Below are positions 34,101-45,035 of a stretch of DNA of 64,000 nt, one piece after another. Origin of the DNA: Mayamaea pseudoterrestris (Eukaryota); NCBI GenBank assembly GCA_027923505.1, contig BROI01000016.1, positions 372,001-436,000 of the forward strand, written 5' to 3'. The position numbers and the translations under genes are program-made. Each line of letters begins with the position of its first letter. Within the stretch, counting starts at the first letter, position 1. The notes under the pieces were generated by a model. It had not been told where the DNA came from, searched no databases, and saw only the letters and a program-made list of their open reading frames with translations.

Positions 34101-35236
34101 AATGGGCGACGCGCAAGTCGTGTCAATCCGAGTCACCATTTCGTCGGCGGTGGCATCGTTGTCGCTTGGAAGAAAGTAAATGGGCAATGATGCCGGCAGC
34201 TTGCAGCCAAAGAGAGCCTTGCTAGTATCAGGATTGAAGCTTGCGACGCAAACGGTCGTTTCCATGTTCCCAGTCACTTGTACAGTCTCGCTGCTCGAAA
34301 GGCAGGCCGGCGCATCGTCACTAGCGTAATCCAAGCAAGCGTCACTGCAGTCGACAAAGCGAACGTGAGGGTTGCCAGCGCAAGCGTTGTTGCGATCCAT
34401 GTAGAGCGCCTTTTCGTCCGCCGAGATGCAAGAGGAAGACGCTGCAGCAAGAATCGCATCAACCGTGAGCATTCCAGAGCCAGCGGCGCCGTTGATCATG
34501 AGCTCAAGGTAGGTAGCGCCGCCCTTGCAGCAATGTGCATACGTTTCGCCCGAGTCGTCCGGCATGCTGTCGCAAGTGCACTTGGAAATGATTTCGTCAA
34601 TGTCGACACCGATTGGAGTCGGAGAATCCGTCGGCCAAGTGGGCAAGGGGTAAGAGCCAGAACCAGACGTTCCAATGGTGGACTTGAAGATGGAGTGAGG
34701 ATCGGATGCCGTGTATGGAGTCGCCGTATCCATGGCGCGACGGCCATTCCATTGGTTCCAGTCACTTGGAGATGATTCCATTTCCGAGATGCGCGTCGTC
34801 GCAGTAGTAGTTGTTCTTTGCGTCGCCGTATTTGGTTCCTTGGGCTTGGCGGCGGCGGCGGCGGCGGCGGCAGCAGCAGCAGTCAAGGAGCGGGAGACGG
34901 CGTTGGATGAAGAGTCGTTCACAGGAGCAACGTCATGCGTCTTGACCAATGACGGAGGTGGTCCCGAGACGAAGAGCGAGCGAGCAGCTCGGACGAAACC
35001 TTGGTAGTACGTGTCGACCGGCTGGTTTTGCGTGGCGAAAAGAGGCAATGGCGTGAGACAAGCTTTACTCTGTGCAGCAACAAGCGCACCAATGACGCAT
35101 CCAAAAGCATGGCTGACTATTCCAATGCACCTACCTCTACCGAATCCGTCGTTGCTGGACTCGTCGCAGGCTTGCGAAGGACGCCGTCGATGCGAGCCGA
35201 CGAAAGGAGGAGGATAAAAATGGCGAAAAGGCGCAT
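31193..35236 (-). CDS. Secreted mucin-like Pro/Thr/Ser-rich protein with Cys-rich globular region; exons 35236-35135, 35021-31517, 31422-31193
   Basis: Signal peptide MRLFAIFILLLSSARIDG lies in another frame and is joined by intron 35022-35134. Intron 31423-31516 adds a Cys-containing tail (ACSDWIYAQC...ARRNL...ELLGQY*). Confidence 0.82.
32015..33865 (-). repeat. Coding tandem repeat, 13 units of 135/147/159 bp (45-53 aa)
   Basis: Consensus PTLPMETWNPSPAPTHKSTKAPAASPSQRPSSWPTAAPTGNPTGLPTAH, counted in the translation. Confidence 0.95.
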
Positions 35237-35400
35237 GATGAAGCAAGAGATGGGAGCAAATGATTGAGATGACAGACCGACTGCTTTTTGTGCGTGATGT
35301 TCACGCGCAACGCGGCGAGGTGCGGCCCCGCCGCGCCGCGCTTTGCTCGTTGGAACCCCATGGTGTGTGTCAAGGATTCTTCCACTCGTTCCGCCGTGCG

Positions 35401-35468
35401 ACGCTCTGATTGGCTGAAATGTGGTCGTCGCAGATTTTGAACGCCGTGATTGGTTGAAAGCACGTGCC
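35401..35468 (-). promoter_or_regulatory. Tandem CCAAT boxes in a 19-bp direct repeat plus a GCACGTGC palindrome, upstream of the mucin-like gene
   Basis: acgctctgattggctgaaa (35401-35419) and acgccgtgattggttgaaa (35441-35459), 40 bp apart; gcacgtgcc at 35460-35468; 165-232 bp upstream of ATG 35236. Confidence 0.5.
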
Positions 35469-35856
35469 GCGCGTCGCGGGATCAAACACCGAAGCTTGTG
35501 TGTTTCGACCCACTATTAATAGAATCGACCAAGAATGTATCATCAATGTCATTTTATAATGTGTAGACTCTTAAAACACTCGCTATGAGTTTTCGCTAGA
35601 GATCAATTTTTTTGGTAGGCGAAGTCGTACCGAAACAATCAAGCTACTTGTGCCAGTTGCACTTGTTCGGCAAGTAGGCTTGCACTCCCTTTGACCTATC
35701 ACGCGAGTGTCGACAAAAGGTAAGGTTGAGTTGCTAATTTTGTACCAAATTAAATTTTTTGGCGAAAAGCCTCATTCATCCTAATTGCCGCATGCCCAGG
35801 CACCTGATCCGCAATGCAACAGCAGACAAATGGTATAAATTCTAGCAAGTAAGTTG

Positions 35857-37677
35857 TTAAGATATTTTCTTTGCCCATTCCATCAGCGCCGTCGACGCGA
35901 CTGGAAACATGTTTCGATCCAGCGCCAATGTCAGTTCGGCGCGCACGTCAAACGTCAAATGCAAAGGCACCCGCGCCATGGTATGAACGTCCCATTGTAT
36001 GGCCATGTGTTGGTACTGAAAGGGGCCAGTGCCGGCATGGTCCATGGCTGGTCGAATAACGCCGAGCGATAGCAAGTCATGAAAGGCGCGCCGCAAGACT
36101 GGAGTCGAGTAACGGTTTGGTGTGCCTTGATAGCGCCGATACTCCAGCAACATGCGCTCCAATGTCAAGACAATGAGAATGTCGTCCGACTTTTGCGAGT
36201 CTCGCGAAAGAATACGTCGAGCTGATAGTATGAGCGCCACTTGTGGACCGTTCAAGTCGGTCAACACCTGCATTCGAGCTGTTCGACAGGGATCAAACTG
36301 TCCAGAATCTGTCACAAGAGTGGCGCCCATATCCTGCAACGCATGCAGCCAGTAGCGGGGTGTATGCACGCAAACGTCGACGAGCGCGACGGAAGACTCT
36401 TGTGCAGCCATGGCGCGTCGACAGTCTTCTCGATACATGCTCAACGCCAGGCTGGCGACTCGCAGAAACCACCGAACGTCGCGTCCGGTTGACAAGGCAC
36501 GTTGCAACGTAGCTCGGACCTTGACGGAGTCATCCTTGTAGTCGATCTCTGCGCTGGATTCTTGCTGCGACGAATCGGCAACGAGAACTGCGCCAATCTC
36601 CTTGGACAGTTCAGTCGCCTCGTCGTCTTCGTCTTCCTCGTCCATTTGCGCTGATGCATTACCTTCCAACGAATCACCATTACCTGTAGTTAGCTTATCA
36701 AATCGATTCACATGAACCAACTTCTCCAGCAGCATGACTTGCACATGGCTCTTGTTCCAGTTTCCGCTGCAGGCGCCAAAGTGAATGCACTTGGTGCTGC
36801 CATGGACGCGCGACTGGATTCGCTTTTCGAGCAAGCCCAGCACGCCCGAGTGCCGGCTCGTGCCCACCAAGGCCAATCCGCAGTCGGCTTGTCCAATGCG
36901 ATCCAGTAAATGGTATAGCAGCAACTGTGGATTGTTGTTACTATTGTTGCTGCTGCTATTAGACGTTGGTTTCATGTTCCAGCCGCCACCTGCAACACTT
37001 CCAACAAAGGTTTCCAAATGTTTTAGTACAATCAGAATTGGTACATTATCCATGGCGGCAATTTGCAAAATTTGATTCAGCAAATCCATGTGACTGAGAA
37101 AGGACCCCTTGCTGCGGAGACGGAGCAAGTGACTGCGCGACGATGACTTTTTGCGGCGCTTGGATTTTGGCGCGTCGTCGCTTGATTCGTGCGCGTGCGT
37201 TGTTGCTGCTGGCAGTGCACTCTCGGTGAGTTGTCGAAGAATCTCGTGCACGACTCTACCGGTGGCATGACCTGGTAGAATGCGTCCGTCAATGACGACT
37301 TTGCGAAAGAGTGGTGTTGTTGTTAATGACGACTCTGCTGTACTAGATGCTGCTGCCGCAACGTTGGCTAGTTTGGCAAGGACCGCGTCCAACACGATAG
37401 ACTTTCCGCACGCTGGAGGTCCAAACAGAAAAGCGGATCCGTTGCGGCCTTGCAGCAGCGCGTGCTCCAGCTCCTTGTACAGCGCCTCGTAGGGTTCCTG
37501 CAGGTGCAGAGGGAGTGGAGTTGAAGACGATGACCTCGACGAGCCGCCATGGCTGCGGTTGAGATTACGCAGCAAGCAATCCACTGCTGACAGTCGAGAT
37601 CTTAGGCGAGTGCTGTTGCTGATAATTGTCGCGGGTGATGGAAGATTTGTTGTTGCCAGTGGAGAAGGCGACGCCAT
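35857..37677 (-). CDS. ORC4: Origin recognition complex subunit 4 (AAA+)
   Basis: GRNGSAFLFGPPACGKS Walker A, QLLLYHLLD, LLEKRIQSR arginine-finger motif, C-terminal winged-helix-like LRRAFHDLLSLGVIRP. Likely start ATG 37677. Confidence 0.85.
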   Translation of the reverse strand: MASPSPLATTNLPSPATIISNSTRLRSRLSAVDCLLRNLNRSHGGSSRSSSSTPLPLHLQEPYEALYKELEHALLQGRNGSAFLFGPPACGKSIVLDAVLAKLANVAAAASSTAESSLTTTPLFRKVVIDGRILPGHATGRVVHEILRQLTESALPAATTHAHESSDDAPKSKRRKKSSSRSHLLRLRSKGSFLSHMDLLNQILQIAAMDNVPILIVLKHLETFVGSVAGGGWNMKPTSNSSSNNSNNNPQLLLYHLLDRIGQADCGLALVGTSRHSGVLGLLEKRIQSRVHGSTKCIHFGACSGNWNKSHVQVMLLEKLVHVNRFDKLTTGNGDSLEGNASAQMDEEDEDDEATELSKEIGAVLVADSSQQESSAEIDYKDDSVKVRATLQRALSTGRDVRWFLRVASLALSMYREDCRRAMAAQESSVALVDVCVHTPRYWLHALQDMGATLVTDSGQFDPCRTARMQVLTDLNGPQVALILSARRILSRDSQKSDDILIVLTLERMLLEYRRYQGTPNRYSTPVLRRAFHDLLSLGVIRPAMDHAGTGPFQYQHMAIQWDVHTMARVPLHLTFDVRAELTLALDRNMFPVASTALMEWAKKIS

Positions 37678-38008
37678 GGTGAAAGGGGGAAACTGGGTTG
37701 CATTGCGTGGTTGGAGCGACGATGGTGAAGGTTGAGTCTCTGTACGACGATTAAAATACACGACTGGACGCGTCGACCTGACGAGGCAACGAATCCTCGG
37801 AACAAAGTTTTGTGTCCAATTGACATTTTTGATTAATCCGGCGTAGTCGTAGGTCTACTGTTTAACTCTGAGTGGTAGTCATTTTATTCGTCGGCGACAT
37901 CGCGTTGACACTTTTGTCATGCGAATACTCCGAAATTTGGTTAAGCCGATCTTTGACGGCAACAGTGCCCCATTCGCCGCATAATTACAAGTCGACCGCA
38001 GCAGCAAC

Positions 38009-38404
38009 ATGACGGATAGTGTTACTACAAGCAGCGAAAGCCAAGGCAGTATATGCATTAACATCAGGATGGAAAGCCTGTCGCCACGAGCACCAGGCCG
38101 CGCCAACACTCTGATGAGTTTTCGACGACACAGGGCGAGAACAGTCGGTCCAGGCGCACGAGAAAGCAAGCAGGCCTTTGTCGCCAAGCAGGACGAACTC
38201 AAGTCTCGAAGCAGCGAGCATTCTCGTCGTAGCGTTTGCAGCAGCACCGCCAGCTGCGACAGTGACACTGATTCTCCCGTGCGCTGCACCACGGAAACAG
38301 TTTCCCGGCGCCAGAGAGTCAGCCTGGCCCGACGCAACATGAGGCGAGACTCTAGTAGACGAAGTAAAGCTGTCGCGACAAGACGTGCGGGTCTGTTTGC
38401 TTAG
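38009..38404 (+). CDS. Hypothetical Ser/Arg-rich protein (131 aa)
   Basis: caacATG start, divergent from ORC4; no domain. Confidence 0.35.
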   Translation: MTDSVTTSSESQGSICINIRMESLSPRAPGRANTLMSFRRHRARTVGPGARESKQAFVAKQDELKSRSSEHSRRSVCSSTASCDSDTDSPVRCTTETVSRRQRVSLARRNMRRDSSRRSKAVATRRAGLFA

Positions 38405-38952
38405 TTAGCTAACTTGATAACTTGATAAACATGCTACGCTACCTATGGTTTCACTGTTAGTCGCACAGATTTCTAAGAACTACCGGTAGGAGTACAAGTA
38501 CCCGCAGGAGTAAGCAATATACTGCCAAGCGAAAGAGGGGACTAACAAGCAGTATCCGTAAAGAAGCGACACCGATCGGTAGCAAGGCTGACACAAGACA
38601 AGGCTTCGCAATTTCACAAATCTTGGCCTTACAAGTGCATACTGTGATGGGATAGCCGCACGTTACTTCGTGGCAACATCTTCAGAAAAGAACTTCAAGA
38701 ATGTACCTTGATCATATTGGTAATAGCACATGGCCTCTGTGGTAACTACAAGAGTCTATAGCCAAGGCTTTGCAAGAGTACCATCGTGCAGGTTATAGGT
38801 AGTCAATGGCTAGCTGAACGATTACCGGAACGACGTGAATAAAGATCGCCACGACGACGAACGAACGCAGCATCTGCCGCCAAACCTTTCCGTCGTCTTC
38901 GCCCATTGTCCTTGCTTGGCATAGCCATCACCTGAAAGCGCAATATAGTCAC

Positions 38953-40470
38953 ATGATTTCCTCAATATGTCGTCGAGGCTTTGGTGGTAGTAGTAGGAAT
39001 GTTGCTACAAATGCAATCTCTCGTGCCTTCTCGTCATCGGAAAGCTCATTTGATATTTCCGGATCCTTCATGGTACGTGTTTCGCTTGCTAATTAAACGA
39101 ATATGTTATGCTAAGTTATATGATGAACATTCGCTCTCTCTCACATCTCTATCATATTCTTGTTTTGACAGACACACAAACTTGACACGGCGCCCATGGA
39201 AAGCGTCACAAGCAGCAAGGAGGAACTTTTGAGCATGTTTGAACTCATGTACACCATGAGACGCATGGTAAGAAAGCATTAATTGAATAGTAACATGATG
39301 CCTGCAGAAGTGAACTTGATTTATGCGCGAGCGAATAATTCTTTTACTCATATTCTTTCACTCTTTCACTCTACAGGAAATTACTTGCGACAATGAGTAC
39401 AAGGCGCGCAACATTCGCGGCTTTTGCCACTTGTACGACGGCCAGGAGGCTGTTGCGACGGGCATTCAGTACGCCTTTGAACCGGCCGATAGTTGGATCA
39501 CCAGCTACCGCTGCCACTGCGTGGCGCTGGCGCGAGGCGGATCGGTCAAGCAAGTGGTGGGCGAACTGTTTGGTGTCACGGATGGACTCACCAAGGGAAA
39601 GGGTGGAAGTATGCACTTTTACAACAAGGCGCACAATTTCTTTGGTGGACAAGGAATTGTTGGAGCGCAGGTTCCGGTTGGAACGGGTCTGGCCTTTGCC
39701 AACAAATATAACGCCAAGCCTGGTGAGCCAATGAACGTTGCCATTGCGTGCTATGGAGATGGAGCGGCGAACCAAGGACAAGTCTGGGAGGCGGCCAACA
39801 TGGCGGCTCTTTGGAAACTGGTATGTTGCACCTTGCTGATGGTAGTACTCATGATTCTTTCTGCATGATTCTCACATTTCTACGCTCGTCTCGATTAAAT
39901 AACAATCTCCAGCCAATGCTCTTTTGTGTCGAAAACAATCACTATGGAATGGGAACCTCCATTGACCGTCACTCGAGCATTTCAGACTACTACAAAATGG
40001 GAAATGCCATTCCTGGATTGAGAATTGATGGTATGAATGTACTTGCTGTCAAGGAAGGTATTCGATTTGCCAAGGAGTATGCCGGCAGTGGCAACGGCCC
40101 AATGTACTTGGAGATGATGACGTATCGCTACCACGGACACTCCATGAGTGATCCAGGCACAACCTATCGCAACCGCGAGGAGATTGCCTTTACGCGATCG
40201 ACGCGTGATCCATTGGAATATTTGAAAAAGTGCTTGACGGATGCTGGTTTTGCCGATGCGGATGAAATCAAGGCGATTGAAAAGCGCATTCGCAAGCAAG
40301 TACTCAAGGAAGTGACAGAGGCCAAGGAGTCGGCTCGGCCGCCCATGCAGGAGCTCATTAACCACATTTACGCGGCTGATGTTGGAGTCAAGCCAGCCTC
40401 ACAATTTCCTCCGCACATTCGCATGCCCAATTATGAAAAGAGTTATTGGGCGGATGGCAAGATGGAGTAG
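38953..40470 (+). CDS. PDHA1: Mitochondrial pyruvate dehydrogenase E1 alpha; exons 38953-39072, 39172-39267, 39377-39820, 39913-40470
   Basis: Presequence [63 protein letters not shown]. Three phase-0 GT-AG introns. Confidence 0.96.
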
Positions 40471-40597
40471 ATATAAGAGTGTGAAGCGTAAATTTATTCG
40501 GCTAGAAATTGCTTTGTTTGTTATATGTATATTGTCTGTCATTGCCATTGCTGTTGTAATTGGTAGACTACTCGTATGAGGCCGACCTATGCGCCTC

Positions 40598-42094
40598 TCA
40601 CCAACCATCAAAGACACCCTTGCCGATTAGTGAATCATCCATTGAACTACCTTTTTCTTGTTGCACGATAGGCGGAAGGACCAATCCTTGTTGCTTGGCC
40701 GCCTCCTGCGCCAGTTTTGCCCGTTCCATTCGCTCATCTTCCATATCCTGTTCCTGTCGTTCTATTCTCGCGTCTTGACCTGACAATCCACCACTGGCGC
40801 CACTAATTTTTCGCTGACCTCCATCCTCTATACATGTCGGTGCAACTTGTAGACATATAGGTCCCATGCGACCAGCACGAAAGTCTTGCAGTATTTTGCG
40901 ACTCGCATCCTCCGGATTGCCTTGACAAGTCGCATCGGCCACGTCAAACAGCAAGTCCTCCCCCGTCCTTAACGCCCCACTGGCATCCACCCGCGTCGTC
41001 AGTGACAGTGGATCAAACTTGTATCGCTCCAAACACTTTTTGCGCCACTGCGGAGCATACTGCCGCGCCAACTGTTTGTCCTCGTGTCGATGCATGTTGA
41101 GCAACCAGTCGCACAAAAAACTAGCAACCGCCTGATTGTCGTAGGCGGCGTCACCAATGCAGTTGCAGGCCGCCAGCAAGGTTGCATCCGATTGATCAAG
41201 TAGTGTAGCGGGTATAATGCCCGGACTATCCAATAGTTCAAACGACTGCTTTTGATCCGTTCGGACGCGAATCCACTGCAGACTGCGCGTCACGCCGGGT
41301 GTGTTGGCCGTCTTGGCGCGCTTGCGGCCAATGAGTTTATTGACCAGCGTCGACTTGCCAGTGTTGGGATAACCAATGATTCCGACGCGCAGGGGACGTT
41401 CCAATAGACCGCGACGACTGCGGCGCTCCTGGACGTGTACGCCTGCCTGGATGATGCGGCGATTCAACGTCTTGACGCCAACGCCTTCCTTGGCGTTGAC
41501 AAAGAGTAGAATGTTGGATTGACTGCTTTCGCTATAGTCACCATTCTTGTTGTTGCTGTCGTCTGTTGCAGTCATGTACTTTAATCGTTCATTCTGCGCC
41601 TGCCTGGCTTGGTTGCGCACCTGCAAGTCCAACACTTGGTTCAACGGATCGTCCGTTCCAAACTCATCGAGCGCCGTCGTCCATTCCGCCTTGGCCGTTC
41701 CCGGCACTGCGTCACTTCTCGTCAAAACTATAATTCGCGGCTTGCCGGCCGTCCACTGCGCCACCATGGGGTGCGAGGTGGCCTTGGGGATGCGGGCGTC
41801 GCGAATCTCCACGACAACGTCGACGGCCTTGAGTGTTTCGCTCAGAGCGCGCTCGGCCTTGGCAATGTGACCGGGATACCATTGCACGACGGGTCTCGCG
41901 TAGTCTGTTGTCTCTGAATGAAACGAGGATGCTGCTGTAGTGGTAGTAGCATAGAGTCGAGTACAATGTGATGTCGTTGCTGCTGATTGTTGTCTGGCGA
42001 TTCTTCGCAGAGATTGTTGCAAGGCAGACGAAACGACGGCGTTCATCATAATATTAAAAAGTAACAGGCGGTTTACTCTTGTTCGGAGCAACAT
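40598..42094 (-). CDS. RbgA/YlqF-family circularly permuted ribosome biogenesis GTPase (organellar)
   Basis: QWYPGHIAKA, VVVEIRDARIP, GIIGYPNTGKST, PGVTR, LLDSPGII, ILQDFRAGRMG; N-terminal targeting-like leader. Confidence 0.92.
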   Translation of the reverse strand: MLLRTRVNRLLLFNIMMNAVVSSALQQSLRRIARQQSAATTSHCTRLYATTTTAASSFHSETTDYARPVVQWYPGHIAKAERALSETLKAVDVVVEIRDARIPKATSHPMVAQWTAGKPRIIVLTRSDAVPGTAKAEWTTALDEFGTDDPLNQVLDLQVRNQARQAQNERLKYMTATDDSNNKNGDYSESSQSNILLFVNAKEGVGVKTLNRRIIQAGVHVQERRSRRGLLERPLRVGIIGYPNTGKSTLVNKLIGRKRAKTANTPGVTRSLQWIRVRTDQKQSFELLDSPGIIPATLLDQSDATLLAACNCIGDAAYDNQAVASFLCDWLLNMHRHEDKQLARQYAPQWRKKCLERYKFDPLSLTTRVDASGALRTGEDLLFDVADATCQGNPEDASRKILQDFRAGRMGPICLQVAPTCIEDGGQRKISGASGGLSGQDARIERQEQDMEDERMERAKLAQEAAKQQGLVLPPIVQQEKGSSMDDSLIGKGVFDGW

Positions 42095-42426
42095 GAGCTA
42101 CTACGACAAGTTATATTTGTAGCAGGGGAAGATAGAAGGAGATGCAGGCTATGTCAAATCCCATGGTGATTTGTTCGAAAATGGAAGCAATGGTTGGCTG
42201 ACCATCACAGAGCGGGAATGAATGTCGTATCGGTTGCAGTCGTGAAGCGTTTTGGCGATGCATTGCTTCGGAAATCAACGCATATCAAAGCATCTGATTA
42301 ATACATTATGCTTGTTGCAACTCATAACACTATTGTTAACAAGAACTCATCCATACCATCAAGCAGCCATGCCCCTCGATTATCAACGGGACGTTCGCGA
42401 AATGCGGCATTTGACCTCCAAGCTCA

Positions 42427-44691
42427 TTACACACTGACAAGCGATTCGGCTTGGCGTTTCTTTAGCAATTCTGTCTTGACCAATTTGCCATACTCGCGGA
42501 TCTTCTCCAGCTGTGCCTGGGTAAGTTCTCGCGGTTTGCGGTCTAGCAGACAGAGAGTGCCGACATTGACAGTGCCGTTCCCATCGACACTATCGATATC
42601 GAGAGGATAGCCGGCGTAGAAGCGCAGGCCAAGGTCACCGGCAACGATTGGGCTATCCGCAAAGCGATCATCGGCAGCCAAGTCGGGTACAAGAAAGAGC
42701 TCACCCGGTTTGTTGAGAATGGCATGGCTGCAAAAGCCAACGTCGCGGCCCACTTCGTCAGTTTTTGGAAACTCGCAGTTCCACTGGTTCGACTTGAGCC
42801 ACAGTCGCTCCTCGTCCACCAAACTGACAAAGACAAAGGGCATGTCAAAGTCTTGCTGCAATGCGCGGGTTAGTCTGTCGAACCGTTCCTCCGGTTGCGT
42901 GTCGAGAATGTTCAAACTCTCCAAGGTCTCCAAGCGAGCAGCCTCTCGAGGGGCAAATCTGGCAATTTTGAAACGACGGAGAATTGCGCGAATTCCGGTA
43001 GCGTCGCTGGCGGTCGCCTTTTTGTCAAAGGTTACACAGTTCATTGCGTGCTTTGACCAGTCTGGTCTAACGTACTGCAACTTGATGTTCCCCTTGACGC
43101 TGTTACTAACAACTTGACGCGTCTCCATGCGCTTGCCCGAGCTCATGAGCCCCGTGAGCTGCTCCAACAGGTCCTTGTCGGCGGATGGAAAGTCGGCGCG
43201 GTACCACTCGAACAAGCTATTCACGCCAATGGTGCCATCACGGACACGAACGTTGTGGTCGGCTTCCGCAAACACTTGTGCCGCAATGCTGTTTTGCAAA
43301 GTTAAACGTTGTCAGTCATTGGCGCCTTCACAGCTTCGCCCATACGTCATGAGCATCATTTTTTGCACTTACTCTAGCTGCTCGTAAACATTGTCCGAAG
43401 TGAACAAACCAAACGGAAGGCTCGCAGGTGACCCAAACGAAAAGCCACTGGCAAGACAATAGTGTACACGATTGTCAAAGTCTGTAAAGGCAAGCTCCTT
43501 GCGAGCATCCTTGCCCGAAAATGGAACTTGCTTGGATAAGCCAGACTTGCGATTGCCTCGCATTATTCCATCCACCCAATCCTGGAGCGAAAATACTTGT
43601 CCTTGGATCTTAAACTTGATCGAAGTAAGGAAGGCTGCCATATCATCCGGTTTCGGAAATCCGATTTTGATGAAGGCGTAACGAAGCATGAGATTGTAAA
43701 CGTTCATGCAAGTAACCAACTTTGCCTTTGGCGTCAATCCAGTGAGTTTGGCGTCTTGCAGCTCACAAATGGCTTCCTCGAATGCTGGAAAGAGACTGCT
43801 GTACTTGATTTTGCTGTAGTCAATCTTGCTACTGTACCCACTGAGAGTAAAGGCTTCCTTTTCAATCTTGGTCATGGCGAGCAGCAAGTTTTCGACAATT
43901 TTGACCGTGTCACTTCTGACATCCGCCGTCCAAAAGCAGTATGAGTTCAAGACATCCGGCGCCATGAGGCATTGCAAGCGATAAACATCACTGGCCTTGC
44001 CTTTGAATTTGGAACGACTTCCAATGTGGTGCAGGATGCGATGATCGACAAGGTATTGGCAAAATGATTCGGCTTCCGTGGTTGACAAGGCCATCTGTGC
44101 AAGACACGAAGTGAGACGTGAGTAAAGGTAATAAATGAATTACAATGTCTGTTATTGCATTTCACTTACGCTATCCTCCAAAGCTGACCGCAAATCTTCC
44201 CCAGTAAAGCAATTGGCATAGACACTGTTTCGAACCTTGATGTCGGAACGTGGCAACGACTGGCAAAGCTTGCGCGTAATGTCATGAACAGTCGTACAAT
44301 TTCCATCTGGAAGCTGCACTTTGGAACTTGGTAGCGCACCATCCATTTTGGCTTTTTCAGTCGGATCCGCGTCTGGCTTGGCAAGGTTTTTGTTGCTTGG
44401 TTCCGGAAACTTGAGAATTTCCTTGTCGAAACGTTCACGCGCCGACTTGTACTTGGTCATGGTATCCCATCCTTGGAGTTCCTTTTGCAAGGCTGGCAGA
44501 CCACCTACCAAGCGAGTATTAAAAAAGGCCTGGGGGACGGCAATGGTGCCAGCTTGGGACAGTAAATCCTTCTTCTTTTGCGGATACTGGTGAAGGTTGA
44601 TTTCAACGTACGGCAAGTCGCGCGCATCGAGTGCAAGCTTGGCGGCAGTCGAGTTGAGATCGTCAGTGGTGAAGAGAGTAATGTGGCCCAT
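42427..44691 (-). CDS. Glutaredoxin-like - DEP - DUF547 - GAF multidomain protein; exons 44691-44170, 44094-43373, 43288-42427
   Basis: Grx fold (AVPQAFFNTRLVGG), DEP (YANCFTGEDL...FCQYLVDHRILHH), DUF547 (MNVYNLM, DNRVHYCL, SLFEWYRADF), GAF (ARLETLESLNILDTQPEERFDRL, FCSHAI, LRFYAGYPL, GTLCLLDRKPR). Introns 44095-44169 and 43289-43372 join in frame. Confidence 0.85.
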
Positions 44692-45035
44692 GGTGGTGAT
44701 TCTGGTCTTGTGGTAGCACTAGTGGAGTTTGTAAAAAGATTCGAGGTCAATCAACGGGGCGAAAAGTGACCAAACTTCCATGCGCCTGCTCGTGATGCTT
44801 GATCGGAGAATCTTTTGTGACTGATCGGAGTCGAATGACCGGAACTCGTGCATTTCACTCCGTTCGCACGACTGCATTCGGAAGACGGAGAAACTAACAA
44901 AATGTCATTGACATCGTAGCGGTACTTGAAGATTTGTTCGTGATTCAAAATTCGAAACGCATCACAAGAGGCCAAAATCAAAATGAGCCTGTTGTCACAC
45001 ATCCTGTTCAAGTCACAGAGTCCAAGTCAATAATA

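Noticed and set aside
35237..35246. ORF-track start of the 1,252-aa ORF (and non-ATG starts at 28223, 37761, 46842, 62748)
   Set aside because: Prokaryote-style GTG/TTG starts; spliced or downstream ATG starts fit better.
11966..37677. CDC20, XPD and ORC4 as a cell-cycle gene cluster
   Set aside because: Interspersed with unrelated genes; expected by chance in a gene-dense genome.
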